Notes under the pieces: model-generated
Seen by the model: only the letters and a program-made list of their open reading frames with translations
Database searches by the model: none
What the model was told of the DNA's origin: nothing
DNA from: a virus
Lineage: Duplodnaviria; Caudoviricetes
Reading direction: 5' to 3' (one strand)
Virus record (IMG/VR): IMGVR_UViG_3300048598_000575
Span: 1-32,238 of that record
DNA length: 32,238 bases
Position numbers and translations under genes: made by a program
Shown here: positions 15,802-26,177 of the stretch, in pieces
How positions within the stretch are numbered: position 1 is the first letter of the stretch
How the letters are laid out: each line of letters starts with the position of its first letter

Positions 15802-17840
15802 ATCTCTTTTCGCAAATCAAAAGCTGGGCCGTTGGCAAAATCCAGGATGTATCGCAACTTTTTGCATTTGTGCCGGATTATTTGCGCATTACCTGGCCAA
15901 CAATCAGTTTTTTAAGCCTACTCCGCGAAGGATTTAAGGGATCCTCGGCTGTCAGCGGATGTGTGAGGGCGCTGGCCAATACATTTCCGGAGCCACCGCT
16001 GGTGGTCTATGAAAACGTCGATCAGCCCGTTGACCCGCGTCATCCGCTGCAAAAATTGCTCAACCAACCCAACGCCGATATGGGCATGGCTGAGTTTTTG
16101 CAGTTTTGTGTCGTTTATGCGTCTATTGGCGGCAACGTCTACATTATCAAAATCCGCAATCGCGTCGGTCAGGTGATTGCCTTATGGCCATTTTCGGACC
16201 GCGACATCACGCCGGTACCAGGGCATAACCCTACTGAAGGATTTGTGGCGGGATATGAGTTTGACCCGGGTGATGGGCAAAAAATTTACTTTAGCAAACA
16301 TGACGTGATCCAGTGGAAATGGCAGATCGACCCAGAATTCCCGTGGCGTGGCATTGGCGCCATCGAATTATGTTGGCGGGATATCAGCAGTGATAACGAG
16401 ACCAGCCGGTATACCTATGCCATGCTCAAAAACAATGCGGTCCCGCCGGTGGCTGTGACCCTGGCCCCAGGCGAGATATTGGATGATGCACGCTATGAGC
16501 GGCTGGCTGCAAGCTGGATGAAAAAATATGGCAAAAATGGGCGCGGCATTCCGGCATTTTTGGAAAATGGCATGACGGTGCAAACGCTCGGGTTCAACAT
16601 GCAAGAACTCAACCTTTCAGAGCTTAAGAATATCCCCGAGAGCCGTATTTGCGCGAATTTTGGCGTGCCACCGACCATTGCGCTGCTTTATGTCGGGCTC
16701 AAACGCTCGGATTATGGCGACGGTGAGGCCAGGCGCTCTTTCGCGGAGGCGACACTGGTAGCGCTATGGCGGTCCTATTGCTCTGAGCTTACCAGCGGAT
16801 TGCAAGAGGATTTTGGTGATCAGTTAACCATCATGGCTGACCTTACCAAAGTCAAGGCGCTGCAAGAAAAAGTAAATGAGCTTTGGGATAGGCTGACCGT
16901 TGCGGTCAACAACGGGCTGATCATGCGGGCGGAATGGAGACGAGGTACTGGATACCCAGTTACTGAGCGCGATAACGTATATCGCACCAACCTCATCAAC
17001 GGATGGGAGCCAGCGACCGCTGCGCCAGGTAACCCGGCAGATGCAATGGGCGCGAGCAAAATGATCAGCGGGAAAAGCTATTTGCACAAAGAGGTAAAAG
17101 CGGTCAATGCGGTTTACGCGCGCAGCCTGCAGCGGATCAGGCTGACCACGAGCATGGCCATGCAAGCTGATGTCGACCGCTATTTTGGCACACTCGCAGA
17201 TCGCATCGTATCGCGGGCCGAAAAATCTCTCAAGACCATGAACGAGAGCAAGACTTTGCCAAAAGCAGATGATTTGCTGACCGAAAAAGATGCCACCGAT
17301 CTCGTCAAGCTGATTAAGAAATGGTTTGTAGCTGTGGCGCAGGCAAGCTGGGAGACGATCAACCTGGCCTTAGGAGTAACCATCGATTTTGACCTGACCG
17401 ATCCGGCGATTACCACAATGCTGAGCAAATCAAGCGCTGATGTCAAAGAGATTACAGCCACCACACGTGATGCGCTGCGGGCGGCGCTCAAATATGGCAA
17501 TGATAATGGCTGGTCGATCTCACAATTGGTCAATGGAGACGAAAATCAGCCGGGGATCCAGAGCATCGTCACTGAGACCTATGCCGGGCGAGCCAAAACA
17601 ATTGCCCGCACCGAGCTGGGCACCGCGCAAAACGCGGTAACCACCCAGCGTTATGGCGCCAATGGCGTCAGCCTGGTAGGCGTGCTGGATAACGGTGATG
17701 CTGACGATGATGATGCCTGCAAAATCGCCAATGGCCAGATCTGGACACTGGAGTATGCCAATAATAACGCGCTCGAGCACCCCAACTGCACCCGGTGTTT
17801 TTATCCTGTTTTTGACAACATAACACCCGATAGGAGCTAA
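15798..17840 (+). CDS. HK97-type portal protein fused to a MuF/gp7-like minor head domain
   Basis: Portal motifs HPLQKLLNQPN, GNVY, ICANFGVPP, AEWR, then MuF motifs RAKTIARTE, C..ANG and HPNC in one 680-aa frame. Confidence 0.88.
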   Translation: MNLFSQIKSWAVGKIQDVSQLFAFVPDYLRITWPTISFLSLLREGFKGSSAVSGCVRALANTFPEPPLVVYENVDQPVDPRHPLQKLLNQPNADMGMAEFLQFCVVYASIGGNVYIIKIRNRVGQVIALWPFSDRDITPVPGHNPTEGFVAGYEFDPGDGQKIYFSKHDVIQWKWQIDPEFPWRGIGAIELCWRDISSDNETSRYTYAMLKNNAVPPVAVTLAPGEILDDARYERLAASWMKKYGKNGRGIPAFLENGMTVQTLGFNMQELNLSELKNIPESRICANFGVPPTIALLYVGLKRSDYGDGEARRSFAEATLVALWRSYCSELTSGLQEDFGDQLTIMADLTKVKALQEKVNELWDRLTVAVNNGLIMRAEWRRGTGYPVTERDNVYRTNLINGWEPATAAPGNPADAMGASKMISGKSYLHKEVKAVNAVYARSLQRIRLTTSMAMQADVDRYFGTLADRIVSRAEKSLKTMNESKTLPKADDLLTEKDATDLVKLIKKWFVAVAQASWETINLALGVTIDFDLTDPAITTMLSKSSADVKEITATTRDALRAALKYGNDNGWSISQLVNGDENQPGIQSIVTETYAGRAKTIARTELGTAQNAVTTQRYGANGVSLVGVLDNGDADDDDACKIANGQIWTLEYANNNALEHPNCTRCFYPVFDNITPDRS

Positions 17841-17843
17841 AAA

Positions 17844-18593
17844 ATGATCACAGAAAAAGAGTATGACCCTAATGAGATCATCCAAAAACGGATGGAGATT
17901 AAGATCGACGGCGCCGGGCATGTAAGTGCGGTCGTTGCGACCTTTAAATTAGTTGACCATGATGGTGACATCATTGAGCCTACAGCATTTACGGACGGGC
18001 AAGAAATGGCCATGGTCTGGAGCCATGACTGGTCGGATCCAATCGGCAAAGGTGTCATTCACGTTACCGAAACGCAGGCAATTTTTGAAGGTGATTTTTT
18101 TATGGACACTACTCGCGGGGCGGAGGCCTATAAAACCGTCAAGGCGATGGGAGACCTGCAGGAGTGGAGCTGGGGGTTTATATCGACCAAACGGCAATAC
18201 GAGGACACTCCAGATGGGAGCGTCATCCGCAGAATTATTGAAGCGGAAATCTATGAAGTATCCCCGGTGCTCAAAGGCGCCGGTATCGGTACGGGCACGC
18301 TCACGATTAAACAACGGACCTCGCTCGAAACCGAAATCAAATCTCTGTGCGACAGCGCAGACTCACTGGGGGAGCGCATCCGCTCCGTCGTGGGGCTGAG
18401 GCAGAGCCAGGGCAAAAGTTTCGGAGTCGAAAAGGCCGCAAAAATCCATGAGCTGGCCACAGCATTACGTGACAGCGCTTCATTTCTCGAAAAAAATCTT
18501 GAAGGCGATGAGCCGAGCAACGAAGCGCTGAAAGAATATATCAAATACCAACAAACCGAAGCGCGCCTGAATGGCGTCGGAAAGGACATGTAA
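17844..18593 (+). CDS. HK97-family prohead protease
   Basis: DHDGDII.P.AF, WSHD...PIG, WSWGF, YEVSPV. Confidence 0.9.
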   Translation: MITEKEYDPNEIIQKRMEIKIDGAGHVSAVVATFKLVDHDGDIIEPTAFTDGQEMAMVWSHDWSDPIGKGVIHVTETQAIFEGDFFMDTTRGAEAYKTVKAMGDLQEWSWGFISTKRQYEDTPDGSVIRRIIEAEIYEVSPVLKGAGIGTGTLTIKQRTSLETEIKSLCDSADSLGERIRSVVGLRQSQGKSFGVEKAAKIHELATALRDSASFLEKNLEGDEPSNEALKEYIKYQQTEARLNGVGKDM

Positions 18594-18595
18594 CA

Positions 18596-19819
18596 ATGGT
18601 TACCAAACTGCAAGAAAAACAAGGCGTTCTCGACCAGAAGCGCAAAGAACTGGCTGACATCTTCGAAAAAGCAAAAACTGCCGATGGCGAACTCAAGATG
18701 ACTGCCGCTGAGGCAGCAGACGTCAAAAGCCGCAACAACGAGCTGACCGGCCTGGCTAAAGAGGTCGAAGAGGAAAAATCTCTGCTCGAGATCGAAGAGA
18801 AAAACCGCCATGCCATCGAAGAGGCCGCGAAACCCGCGGGCGGAATTGAATGGCAAAAAGGGAAAAAAGGCGGCGACGAGGAAAAGAAAGAAAAGAAATC
18901 CATCGGTCAGCTTTTTGTCGAGTCAGAGGCGTTTACGGGCTATAAATCGGCGGCCAAGCGCGGACCTGCAGCAGACGTTGACATCGAGCGCAAAACGCTC
19001 GACGAGACCGCCTGGACCCCGCAAGCTATCCGTCTCAACACTGTCGTGCCGGGTGTGCTGCAGCGCCCAGTCGTAGCCGATCTGATCCCGCAGGGTGTCA
19101 CCAATCAGTTTGCCATCGCGTATATGGAGGAGACCACTACCACCAATAACGCTGCCGCGCGTTTGGAAAATGGTCAAGCGGGTGAAAGCGCACTCGGGAC
19201 CATCGAAAAAATTGCCAACGTCATTGAGATCGCGACATTTTTGCCCATCTCGGAGCGGCTCATGGAGGACATCCCGGCCGCAGAAAGCTATGTCACCGGC
19301 CGTCTCAATGTGTTTATGCAATTGGCCGAGGAAAACGAGCTACTCAACGGCCTTGGGAGCGGCGCCAGCATGTATGGTCTGCTGCATGTAGTGGGGATGC
19401 AAACCCAGGCCAAGGCCAGTGACCCAATCCCGGATGCTATTTACAAAGCAATGACTTTAGTGCAGATCAACAGTCAGCTCAGTGCTAACGGCATCGTTAT
19501 GCACCCCTCTGACTGGCAGACCATCGCTCTGCTCAAAACCACTGACGGCGTCTATATCTGGGGCAGCCCAGCCGGGGCCGCACCGGAGCGCATCTGGGGC
19601 CTGCCAGTGGTCAAAACTACCAGCATTGCACAGCATACCGCACTGCTCGGCAGTTATGATATGGCCGCGCAGATCTTCCGCCGCAAAAACGTTACCTTTG
19701 AGGTATCCAATAGTCATAGCGACTATTTCATCAAAGGCAAGCTGGCGATCCGCGCGGCGGAACGCCTGGCCATGCCCGTGTATCGCCCGTCCGGGTTCTG
19801 CACCGTGACTGGCCTGTAA
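18596..19819 (+). CDS. HK97-fold major capsid protein with N-terminal coiled-coil delta domain
   Basis: N-terminal coiled coil, EE..LLNG.G, MHPSDW..I.LLK..DG.Y, IWGLPVV, AIRAAERL..RP..F. Confidence 0.93.
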   Translation: MVTKLQEKQGVLDQKRKELADIFEKAKTADGELKMTAAEAADVKSRNNELTGLAKEVEEEKSLLEIEEKNRHAIEEAAKPAGGIEWQKGKKGGDEEKKEKKSIGQLFVESEAFTGYKSAAKRGPAADVDIERKTLDETAWTPQAIRLNTVVPGVLQRPVVADLIPQGVTNQFAIAYMEETTTTNNAAARLENGQAGESALGTIEKIANVIEIATFLPISERLMEDIPAAESYVTGRLNVFMQLAEENELLNGLGSGASMYGLLHVVGMQTQAKASDPIPDAIYKAMTLVQINSQLSANGIVMHPSDWQTIALLKTTDGVYIWGSPAGAAPERIWGLPVVKTTSIAQHTALLGSYDMAAQIFRRKNVTFEVSNSHSDYFIKGKLAIRAAERLAMPVYRPSGFCTVTGL

Positions 19820-19834
19820 AAACGTTCATTTTTA

Positions 19835-19862
19835 GGGGATGGCTTTTAGCGAGGCCATCCCC
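19835..19862 (+). other. Stem-loop after the capsid gene
   Basis: GGGGATGGCTTT-tagc-GAGGCCATCCCC with no downstream U-tract; possibly a transcript-stabilising element. Confidence 0.5.
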
Positions 19863-19880
19863 CTGGAGAAAGGAAACAAA

Positions 19881-20702
19881 ATGGCTCAAATCGAAGGGGC
19901 CCTCGGGCCCTACGTAAACGCAGGCGCGCCCTCCAACGGCGTGGATGAGGTACAGACAATCACTCCGTCTGCAGCCCCCGCCAGCGGCACTTACAAATTG
20001 CGCTTCGATGGTTTTACCACCTCTGCACTTGATTTTGACGCCTCGGCCGCGGAAGTGCAGACGGCCCTCAACGCGCTGCCGTCGGTAGGAGCGGGCGGTG
20101 TGGCAGTTACCCTGGCCGACGGTGTCTATACCGTCACATTTTCGGGGGCTGCGGTGGCCAAGCGCGCGCAAAACAGCATCAGCGTGGTCGACTCGGCACT
20201 GCTCGACAGCGGTGCTGCCGCCGTTACCCTGACGGTTGCCGAAGGGACCGCGGGTGTGACCGCCACCGCTTTGGGCGCACTCAAGGGCGCTCTGCTGATC
20301 GATACCACCAACGGTCTCCTCTACCAAAATCTGGGGACCGTCTCGGCGCCGACCTGGACCAAAATCCTGGCCGGGATCACGCTGACCTCGACCTTAGTCA
20401 ACCTGCTGATTGCAGGCGTCGCGGCTGGCAAAAAGATCGCCGCCGGGCAAAAAACAACGGAAAGCGCCTCGGACACAGTCGTTACGGGGCTGGCCAGCGT
20501 CAGCGCGGCGGTTGCCGTACTCGACAGCGACCCGGTATTGACCTGTCAATTTGCTACCGCCAGCATCGGCGACCAGGCAGGTACTCCGGCAGCAGGATCC
20601 ATCCTGGTCAAAACCTGGATGCCGACCGCGGCCAACGACGCCACCCCGATCGCTGCAACAACTTTTACCAAAAAAGTTAACTGGATCGCATTTGGGGCTT
20701 AG
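19881..20702 (+). CDS. Ala/Thr/Val-rich virion protein (head decoration/fibre candidate)
   Basis: EVQTIT..GTYKL.F.G.TT..L.FDASAAEVQTAL.AL motif; follows the capsid gene; AAGGA SD. Confidence 0.6.
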   Translation: MAQIEGALGPYVNAGAPSNGVDEVQTITPSAAPASGTYKLRFDGFTTSALDFDASAAEVQTALNALPSVGAGGVAVTLADGVYTVTFSGAAVAKRAQNSISVVDSALLDSGAAAVTLTVAEGTAGVTATALGALKGALLIDTTNGLLYQNLGTVSAPTWTKILAGITLTSTLVNLLIAGVAAGKKIAAGQKTTESASDTVVTGLASVSAAVAVLDSDPVLTCQFATASIGDQAGTPAAGSILVKTWMPTAANDATPIAATTFTKKVNWIAFGA

Positions 20703-20711
20703 GAGGCATAA

Positions 20712-20984
20712 ATGGCGAGCAACAACAAACCCAAGCAAGAGCAAAACAAACCAAAGACCAACAATGACGGTCCATGGCTATGCCCATGTGACCTGTATCG
20801 CACCCCAAACGGAAAAATTGTTGAGGAGACCGACCCGCGGGCAACCAACGGTGCGCGTCTGTGCGAGGTGCGCGGACACGTGCTGCCACACAAACCCGAG
20901 ATCGAGCCCAACCTAAACGCGCCAAAGGCTGTCGTACCGGTTGAGGACAAGGCTATCGAGCCGATTGAGGATAAAGGAGCCTGA
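20712..20984 (+). CDS. Hypothetical protein
   Basis: AGGAGG SD. Confidence 0.7.
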   Translation: MASNNKPKQEQNKPKTNNDGPWLCPCDLYRTPNGKIVEETDPRATNGARLCEVRGHVLPHKPEIEPNLNAPKAVVPVEDKAIEPIEDKGA

Positions 20985-20986
20985 TT

Positions 20987-21484
20987 GTGAGCCTGCTGAC
21001 TGTCGCTGAGCTGCGCACAGAGGTGCGCAGCAGCAAAACAGATGTCCAACTGCAAGCCATCATCGACCGCGTTGAGGGTATCATACAGGACCGCATTGGC
21101 CCCTATCAGATCGACGATGGGTCCGTAGTCGTTACTGAGACTATATCGGGAGGAGGAGAGCATCTGTTTTTGCGCGTCCCGATAGGTACGGTCACCGCAC
21201 TGGCGGAAAATGGGATCGAGCTCGACGAAGCAGAGTATCGTGTCTGGGGACAGAGCGGCATGATCGAGCGTCTGCCAGAGGGTGCCGAATGGGGAGCCAC
21301 CTGTACAGTCAGCTACAAACCTGTCGATCAGCGTTTTGAGCGCAAGCTGGCCACCCTCAACCTGGTGCGGCTCATGCTTGAGCGCACGGCGATGACCAGT
21401 GAGTCAATCGCAGGCGAGTACTCATACAACGCGCCAGAATGGGATCTGGCGATCAAACGTGAGCTTAAAAATTTGAGCTATTAG
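20987..21484 (+). CDS. Head-tail adaptor
   Basis: LLTVAELR N-terminus and SESIAGEYSY motif; gene position. Confidence 0.75.
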   Translation: MSLLTVAELRTEVRSSKTDVQLQAIIDRVEGIIQDRIGPYQIDDGSVVVTETISGGGEHLFLRVPIGTVTALAENGIELDEAEYRVWGQSGMIERLPEGAEWGATCTVSYKPVDQRFERKLATLNLVRLMLERTAMTSESIAGEYSYNAPEWDLAIKRELKNLSY

Positions 21485-21497
21485 GAGGCAAGCAACA

Positions 21498-21830
21498 ATG
21501 GCAAGATCCGCTTTAACTCATCAACAGATCGACCGCGACGGCGTGGTGCCAAGTTATGCCAGCGCTAACGCGGATGGCAACTCACTAGCCAACGACGGCC
21601 GGATGTTTTTGCACGTCAAAAATGGCAGCGGCAGCTCGATCAACGTGACCGTCGAGACCCCGGGAACCGTGGACGGCAATGCCGTCGCGGATAAAGTCGT
21701 CGCTGTGGCAGCCGGGGCTGAAAAAATGATTGGCCCCTACCCGCCGGACGTGTACAACCAGCCCGATGGGATGATGTACATCGACTACTCAGCGGTTACA
21801 ACGGTAACCGTGGGAGTGCTGCGGATATGA
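21498..21830 (+). CDS. Small beta-rich virion protein
   Basis: AGGAGG SD; lies in the head-tail module. Confidence 0.65.
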   Translation: MARSALTHQQIDRDGVVPSYASANADGNSLANDGRMFLHVKNGSGSSINVTVETPGTVDGNAVADKVVAVAAGAEKMIGPYPPDVYNQPDGMMYIDYSAVTTVTVGVLRI

Positions 21831-22183
21831 GTCTCGATAGCCAGCTGATCCATACCTGCCTGATCACCCGACCCCGTACCCAGGGAGAGGACCTGCACGG
21901 CAACGCACCAAGCGGACAGGATGATCTGTTGGCCTACAGCGGCCCATGCCGACTGGCGGAAAAAACTGAGCACATCCTGCGTGATACCGGTGACCGCACT
22001 GCCGTGACGATCTACAAACTGATCCTGCCGCCTGAGGCGGACGTGCGTGAAAAAGACGGCGTCAAAAGCATCCTCCTCGAGGATGGGAACACTCTCGAAA
22101 ATGCGTTTGTGGTCAATGCGGTTTTGACGCGGCGCTCAGCGCAGGCCGCGCTGCAGTCGGTCGATCTGGTAAGAGTATCATGA
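21827..22183 (+). CDS. Head closure/stopper protein
   Basis: HTCLITRP..D..G, YSGPCRL, DVREKD; gene position. Confidence 0.7.
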   Translation: MSLDSQLIHTCLITRPRTQGEDLHGNAPSGQDDLLAYSGPCRLAEKTEHILRDTGDRTAVTIYKLILPPEADVREKDGVKSILLEDGNTLENAFVVNAVLTRRSAQAALQSVDLVRVS

Positions 22184-22611
22184 GCAAAACAACCGTCGAG
22201 ATCAAGTGGAATGGCGATCAACTGGCGAAAGCCAGCCAGGAGATGCTGGAGCAGATCATGGTCGAGTTTGGGCTGGTGGCAGAGGGCGAAGCCAAAAAAG
22301 AGCTGCATAAAGGGCATGGCGTGCTGACCGGTACGCTGCGGCGCAGCATCCACATCGCCGAGGACGACTACGACTATGGTCAGGATAACGTCGAGCCAAG
22401 CGCCTCGAGCCCAGAGCGCGGCGGAAAGCCGGTCAAAGTGACCCGCAGCGGCCGACAGATATCAATCTCACTCGGCAGCGGGCTCTCGTATGCACTGAGC
22501 ATCCATCAGGGCTGGGGCAAGTTTGCAGGCTACCACTATCTGGAAAACGGCACCGAAAACGCCAAAAAGCAGCTCGATGCCATCATTGGGAGGCATCAAA
22601 TCGATGATTGA
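22180..22611 (+). CDS. HK97 gp10-like tail completion protein
   Basis: AK....V.TGTLRRSI and YA..IH.G motifs. Confidence 0.8.
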   Translation: MSKTTVEIKWNGDQLAKASQEMLEQIMVEFGLVAEGEAKKELHKGHGVLTGTLRRSIHIAEDDYDYGQDNVEPSASSPERGGKPVKVTRSGRQISISLGSGLSYALSIHQGWGKFAGYHYLENGTENAKKQLDAIIGRHQIDD

Positions 22612-23014
22612 TCCCCTGGGCGTCATCATCCAGTATCTCAAAGCTGCCAATCTCTCGACGCGGCAGATAGCCGAAAAAGAGCGCTATGGAGATGCCTGGC
22701 AGCCGGGCAGTGCCAGCCTGGTGGTGCGTCTTGACGGAGGCACCCCTGATCCCTACCTGCCTCTCCAGGAGCTGAGGTTTGAGGTGCGCTGCTATGGTGC
22801 GGACTCGCCCGAGGCCATCGGCCTCTACGGTGAGATTGTCGAGCTGGCACGGGTCACTGACCGCGAGATGGTGATCGTTGGCAGCCAGATTGGGTTGTTG
22901 TACTGGCTCATATTGGATGCAGCACCGACCAGCAGCTATGACCCGGATCTCAATCAAGATTTTGTACTCGTTTTTTTGCGAGCCAAAATCGCAGAGCAAA
23001 ATTTAGGAGAATAA
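22604..23014 (+). CDS. Tail terminator
   Basis: V..DGG, RFEVRCYG, YDPD motifs; precedes the tail tube gene. Confidence 0.7.
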   Translation: MIDPLGVIIQYLKAANLSTRQIAEKERYGDAWQPGSASLVVRLDGGTPDPYLPLQELRFEVRCYGADSPEAIGLYGEIVELARVTDREMVIVGSQIGLLYWLILDAAPTSSYDPDLNQDFVLVFLRAKIAEQNLGE

Positions 23015-23016
23015 AA

Positions 23017-23598
23017 ATGAACACTGAACCCTTTGAAATTTTGACTGGTGTGGGCGATCTCTATATAGCCCCGCTGAGTACCGCTTTTCCGGCGGTCAAC
23101 GCGGTGCCGGGCGCCTCATGGCGTCATCTGGGCTACACCCAGGATGGTGTAACCATAAAAAAGACGCAAAAAATCAACCAGGTCATGGTCGACCAGGAGA
23201 CCGGGCCTGTCAAAGCGAGCCGTTCAGAGGAGACTTTGACGGTCGAGACCACTCTCGCCGAGATGACCCTAAGCAACCTGGCCGACTATCTGGGCGGTAC
23301 CGTCACTACCACGGCAGCCGGGTCGGGTGTAATCGGCGAAAAGGAGATAGGCCTGTATGCCGGTGCCGACGTCAAAAACTTTGCCATTTTATTCCGCGGG
23401 AAAAGCGCCTATGGCGATTACCCAGCACAATATGAGATACCCGTGGCGTATTTCGACGGCGATGTCGAAATGAAAGCGGACAAGAGCGACAACACAAAAT
23501 TAAAAGTTGTTTTCCAGGCGCTGGTGGACCAGAACGCCGTGTCGGCGAGCGAAAAGTTTGGCAGGCTGGTTATGCAGACTGCTGAGGCGACCGCATGA
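23017..23598 (+). CDS. Major tail tube protein
   Basis: G.G.LYIAP, W..LGYT.DGV, TLAE.T..NL. Confidence 0.8.
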   Translation: MNTEPFEILTGVGDLYIAPLSTAFPAVNAVPGASWRHLGYTQDGVTIKKTQKINQVMVDQETGPVKASRSEETLTVETTLAEMTLSNLADYLGGTVTTTAAGSGVIGEKEIGLYAGADVKNFAILFRGKSAYGDYPAQYEIPVAYFDGDVEMKADKSDNTKLKVVFQALVDQNAVSASEKFGRLVMQTAEATA

Positions 23599-24086
23599 GC
23601 GAGACCATTCTTGATCTTAATCAGCTGAGCGGACGTGCACGCCCAATCATCGTCGAATATCAGGGCAAACGCTATGAGATGCTGCGCCCGGAGGGGCTGA
23701 CCCTCGCGCAAAACAACGAGTGGGTGCGCCTGGCCGAGCGGCTGCAAAACGCCTATGCCAAAGAGCCAGCCGTCAAAACCGGCTCGAAATCGGTTACCGA
23801 GCACACCCTGGATGAGGTAGGCCGCGCCGTGGATGACTGCATCCGCCTGCTATGCCCCGAAATTTTGGCTGAGGAAAGACCGCTCAGCCTGGCCGAGCGC
23901 ATCCAGCGCAAGCGACACCCAGAGCATTTTGCTGAGCGCACTCCATTTAGCTTTGACATGAAAGTCAGGGTGCTCGAGTTTTATAAAATTGAAGTTTTTG
24001 CGCGCAAAGCGGCGCAGCCCAATGGAGCAGCAAAAAACTCGACTGGGGCACGACATTCGCGCGGCTCACGGCGGTCTACGGACTGA
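23595..24086 (+). CDS. Tail assembly chaperone (gpG-like)
   Basis: Between tail tube and tape measure, with a slippery site near its 3' end. Confidence 0.75.
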   Translation: MSETILDLNQLSGRARPIIVEYQGKRYEMLRPEGLTLAQNNEWVRLAERLQNAYAKEPAVKTGSKSVTEHTLDEVGRAVDDCIRLLCPEILAEERPLSLAERIQRKRHPEHFAERTPFSFDMKVRVLEFYKIEVFARKAAQPNGAAKNSTGARHSRGSRRSTD

Positions 24087-24334
24087 GCTACCGGGAGCTG
24101 TGGAGTGGAATGCCCCTTGCTGCCATCGAGATCTATCTGGAGCGCATCCCAAAAATATTAGCGGAGCGGCGCGTCGAGGCAGCCATGGCCGGCAATCTGC
24201 CATGGATATTTGCGCATCCTGACCAGCGTTATCGTGACTGGGTCGATGAGGCCTATGCGGATGAGATCGTCAGCCAGTCTGCCAGCCCTGGCATGCTCAA
24301 GCTGATGGGTATCGGAGTACAGTATGTCGTTTAA
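24032..24334 (+). CDS. -1 frameshift extension of the tail chaperone (gpGT-like)
   Basis: A AAA AAC at 24032-24038 is correctly phased. The -1 frame reads LDWGTTFARLTAVYGLSYRELWSGMPLAAIE... without a stop to 24334. Confidence 0.85.
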   Translation, partial: KKLDWGTTFARLTAVYGLSYRELWSGMPLAAIEIYLERIPKILAERRVEAAMAGNLPWIFAHPDQRYRDWVDEAYADEIVSQSASPGMLKLMGIGVQYVV

Positions 24335-26177
24335 TCTAGGCGAGGCCGTTTTACATCTCGTTGGAGATGACTCGAAACTGCAAAATGACGTGAAAAGCGC
24401 CAAGACCAGAGTCACCAACATATTAGGCGGCCTGGGGACTGGCATGGCGGCAGTTGCGGGTAGTGTCGGAATTGCCGTCACAGCAGTTGCCGGGATCGGT
24501 GCTGCTCTGAGCACGACCATCGAGCCAGCCTCAGATCTTAATGAGACGGCGTCAAAAGTCGGCGTCGTTTTTGGCTCGGCTGCACAGACCGTGCTTGATT
24601 TTGGCAAAAACGCTGCCAGCTCAATGGGCATGAGCGAGCAAGCGGCGCTTTCGGCAGCCGGGACCTATGGCAATCTCTTGCGCGCGCTGGGGATGACGGA
24701 AGATAAATCGGCCGATATGTCGACCTCGCTGGTGCAGCTCGCAGGCGATCTGGCCAGCTTTAACAACCTTGATCCCACCGAGGTGCTGGAAAAACTGCGC
24801 TCTGGTCTGACCGGAGAAACCGAACCGCTCAAATCGCTGGGCATCAACATCAATGACAATCTGCTCAAGCAAAAAGCGTTTGAGATGGGGTTATCAGATG
24901 GCAAAGCGCAGCTCGATGCCAGCACCAAAGCTCAGGCCGCCTATGCGCTGATCATGGAGCAGACCTCGCTGGCCCAGGGAGATTTTGCACGCACCTCTGA
25001 GGGCGTGGCCAACCAGCAGCGCATCTTGAGCGCGACGATCAGCGACATCAAGGCCAACATCGGCACGTCGTTGCTGCCCATCATCCAAAACGTACTGGGC
25101 GGAGCCTCGAAATATCTCGGGCAGGTGAGTGGGCTGATCGCTAACGACTCGCTGACAATGGAACAAAAGATCTCGGGCGTGACCGACATTGTCAAAGGCC
25201 TGGCCGGGGATATCTCTGCCAATCTTCCGCAATATGCCGAGATGGGGATCAATGTCGTCAAGGGTGTTGTGCAGGGCATCGTCGACTCGATCCCGCAGCT
25301 CATGCCCGCAGTCAATGAGATCATTTTGGCGATTTTGACGTTTGCAATCGAGGTGCTGCCCATGCTGGTGGATGGCGCAGCCAAGATCATCATCGCGCTG
25401 ATACAGGGGATCGCACAGGCGCTGCCGACGCTGATCCCGTCGATCGTCAACGTCATCGTGACCATCGTCATGACGCTGATTGCCAACCTGCCCATGCTGA
25501 TCGAGGCGGCCGTCGAGCTGATCTCGGCTCTGGCGCAGGGTCTGGTCGCGGCGCTGCCGGTGCTGGTGGGCAGTCTGCCGCAGATCATCCAGGCGCTGGT
25601 CAGTGGGCTGGTACAGATGGCTCCTCAGCTCGTCATGGCAGCGATCCAGTTGATCGTTGCACTGGCAGCCGGGATGATCCAGGCGCTGCCGACGCTGCTG
25701 CAAACGACGCCGCAGCTTATCCGCGGCATCGTCAACGGTTTGATCTCAGGCGTCAGCCAGCTGCGCGGAGTCGGCGAGCAGCTAATGGACTCGTTTTGGG
25801 CCGGGCTAAAAAGTAAATTTGCAGCCATCTGGCAGAGCGTCAAAGATTTTGCGGATGGCATCATCAACACGGTCCGCAACGCGCTCGATCTGCACAGCCC
25901 CAGCCCGTTGGCCATCGGCATCGGTGCGCAGTGGACCGACTCACTGGGGATGGGCATCCAAAACCGGGTCGGATCGGTTGCGAGCCTCTCATCTCAGGCC
26001 GCCGGTCAGATCGCAGCAGGTAGCCTGCAGGGCCTCAACGGCGGGCAGTCGGTAACCAATGCTAACCGCGAGACCACCTATCAGATCAACATCACCAACC
26101 CACTGCGCGAAACGGCCGAAACCAGTATCAAAAAATCTTTGCGCAACCTGGCTTATTTTGGAGTGACCAATGAGTAA
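24324..26177 (+). CDS. Tape measure protein
   Basis: DLASFNN, LTGETEPLKSLGI, GDFARTS..ANQQR, amphipathic LP.L repeats, L.LHSPS. Confidence 0.92.
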   Translation: MSFNLGEAVLHLVGDDSKLQNDVKSAKTRVTNILGGLGTGMAAVAGSVGIAVTAVAGIGAALSTTIEPASDLNETASKVGVVFGSAAQTVLDFGKNAASSMGMSEQAALSAAGTYGNLLRALGMTEDKSADMSTSLVQLAGDLASFNNLDPTEVLEKLRSGLTGETEPLKSLGININDNLLKQKAFEMGLSDGKAQLDASTKAQAAYALIMEQTSLAQGDFARTSEGVANQQRILSATISDIKANIGTSLLPIIQNVLGGASKYLGQVSGLIANDSLTMEQKISGVTDIVKGLAGDISANLPQYAEMGINVVKGVVQGIVDSIPQLMPAVNEIILAILTFAIEVLPMLVDGAAKIIIALIQGIAQALPTLIPSIVNVIVTIVMTLIANLPMLIEAAVELISALAQGLVAALPVLVGSLPQIIQALVSGLVQMAPQLVMAAIQLIVALAAGMIQALPTLLQTTPQLIRGIVNGLISGVSQLRGVGEQLMDSFWAGLKSKFAAIWQSVKDFADGIINTVRNALDLHSPSPLAIGIGAQWTDSLGMGIQNRVGSVASLSSQAAGQIAAGSLQGLNGGQSVTNANRETTYQINITNPLRETAETSIKKSLRNLAYFGVTNE

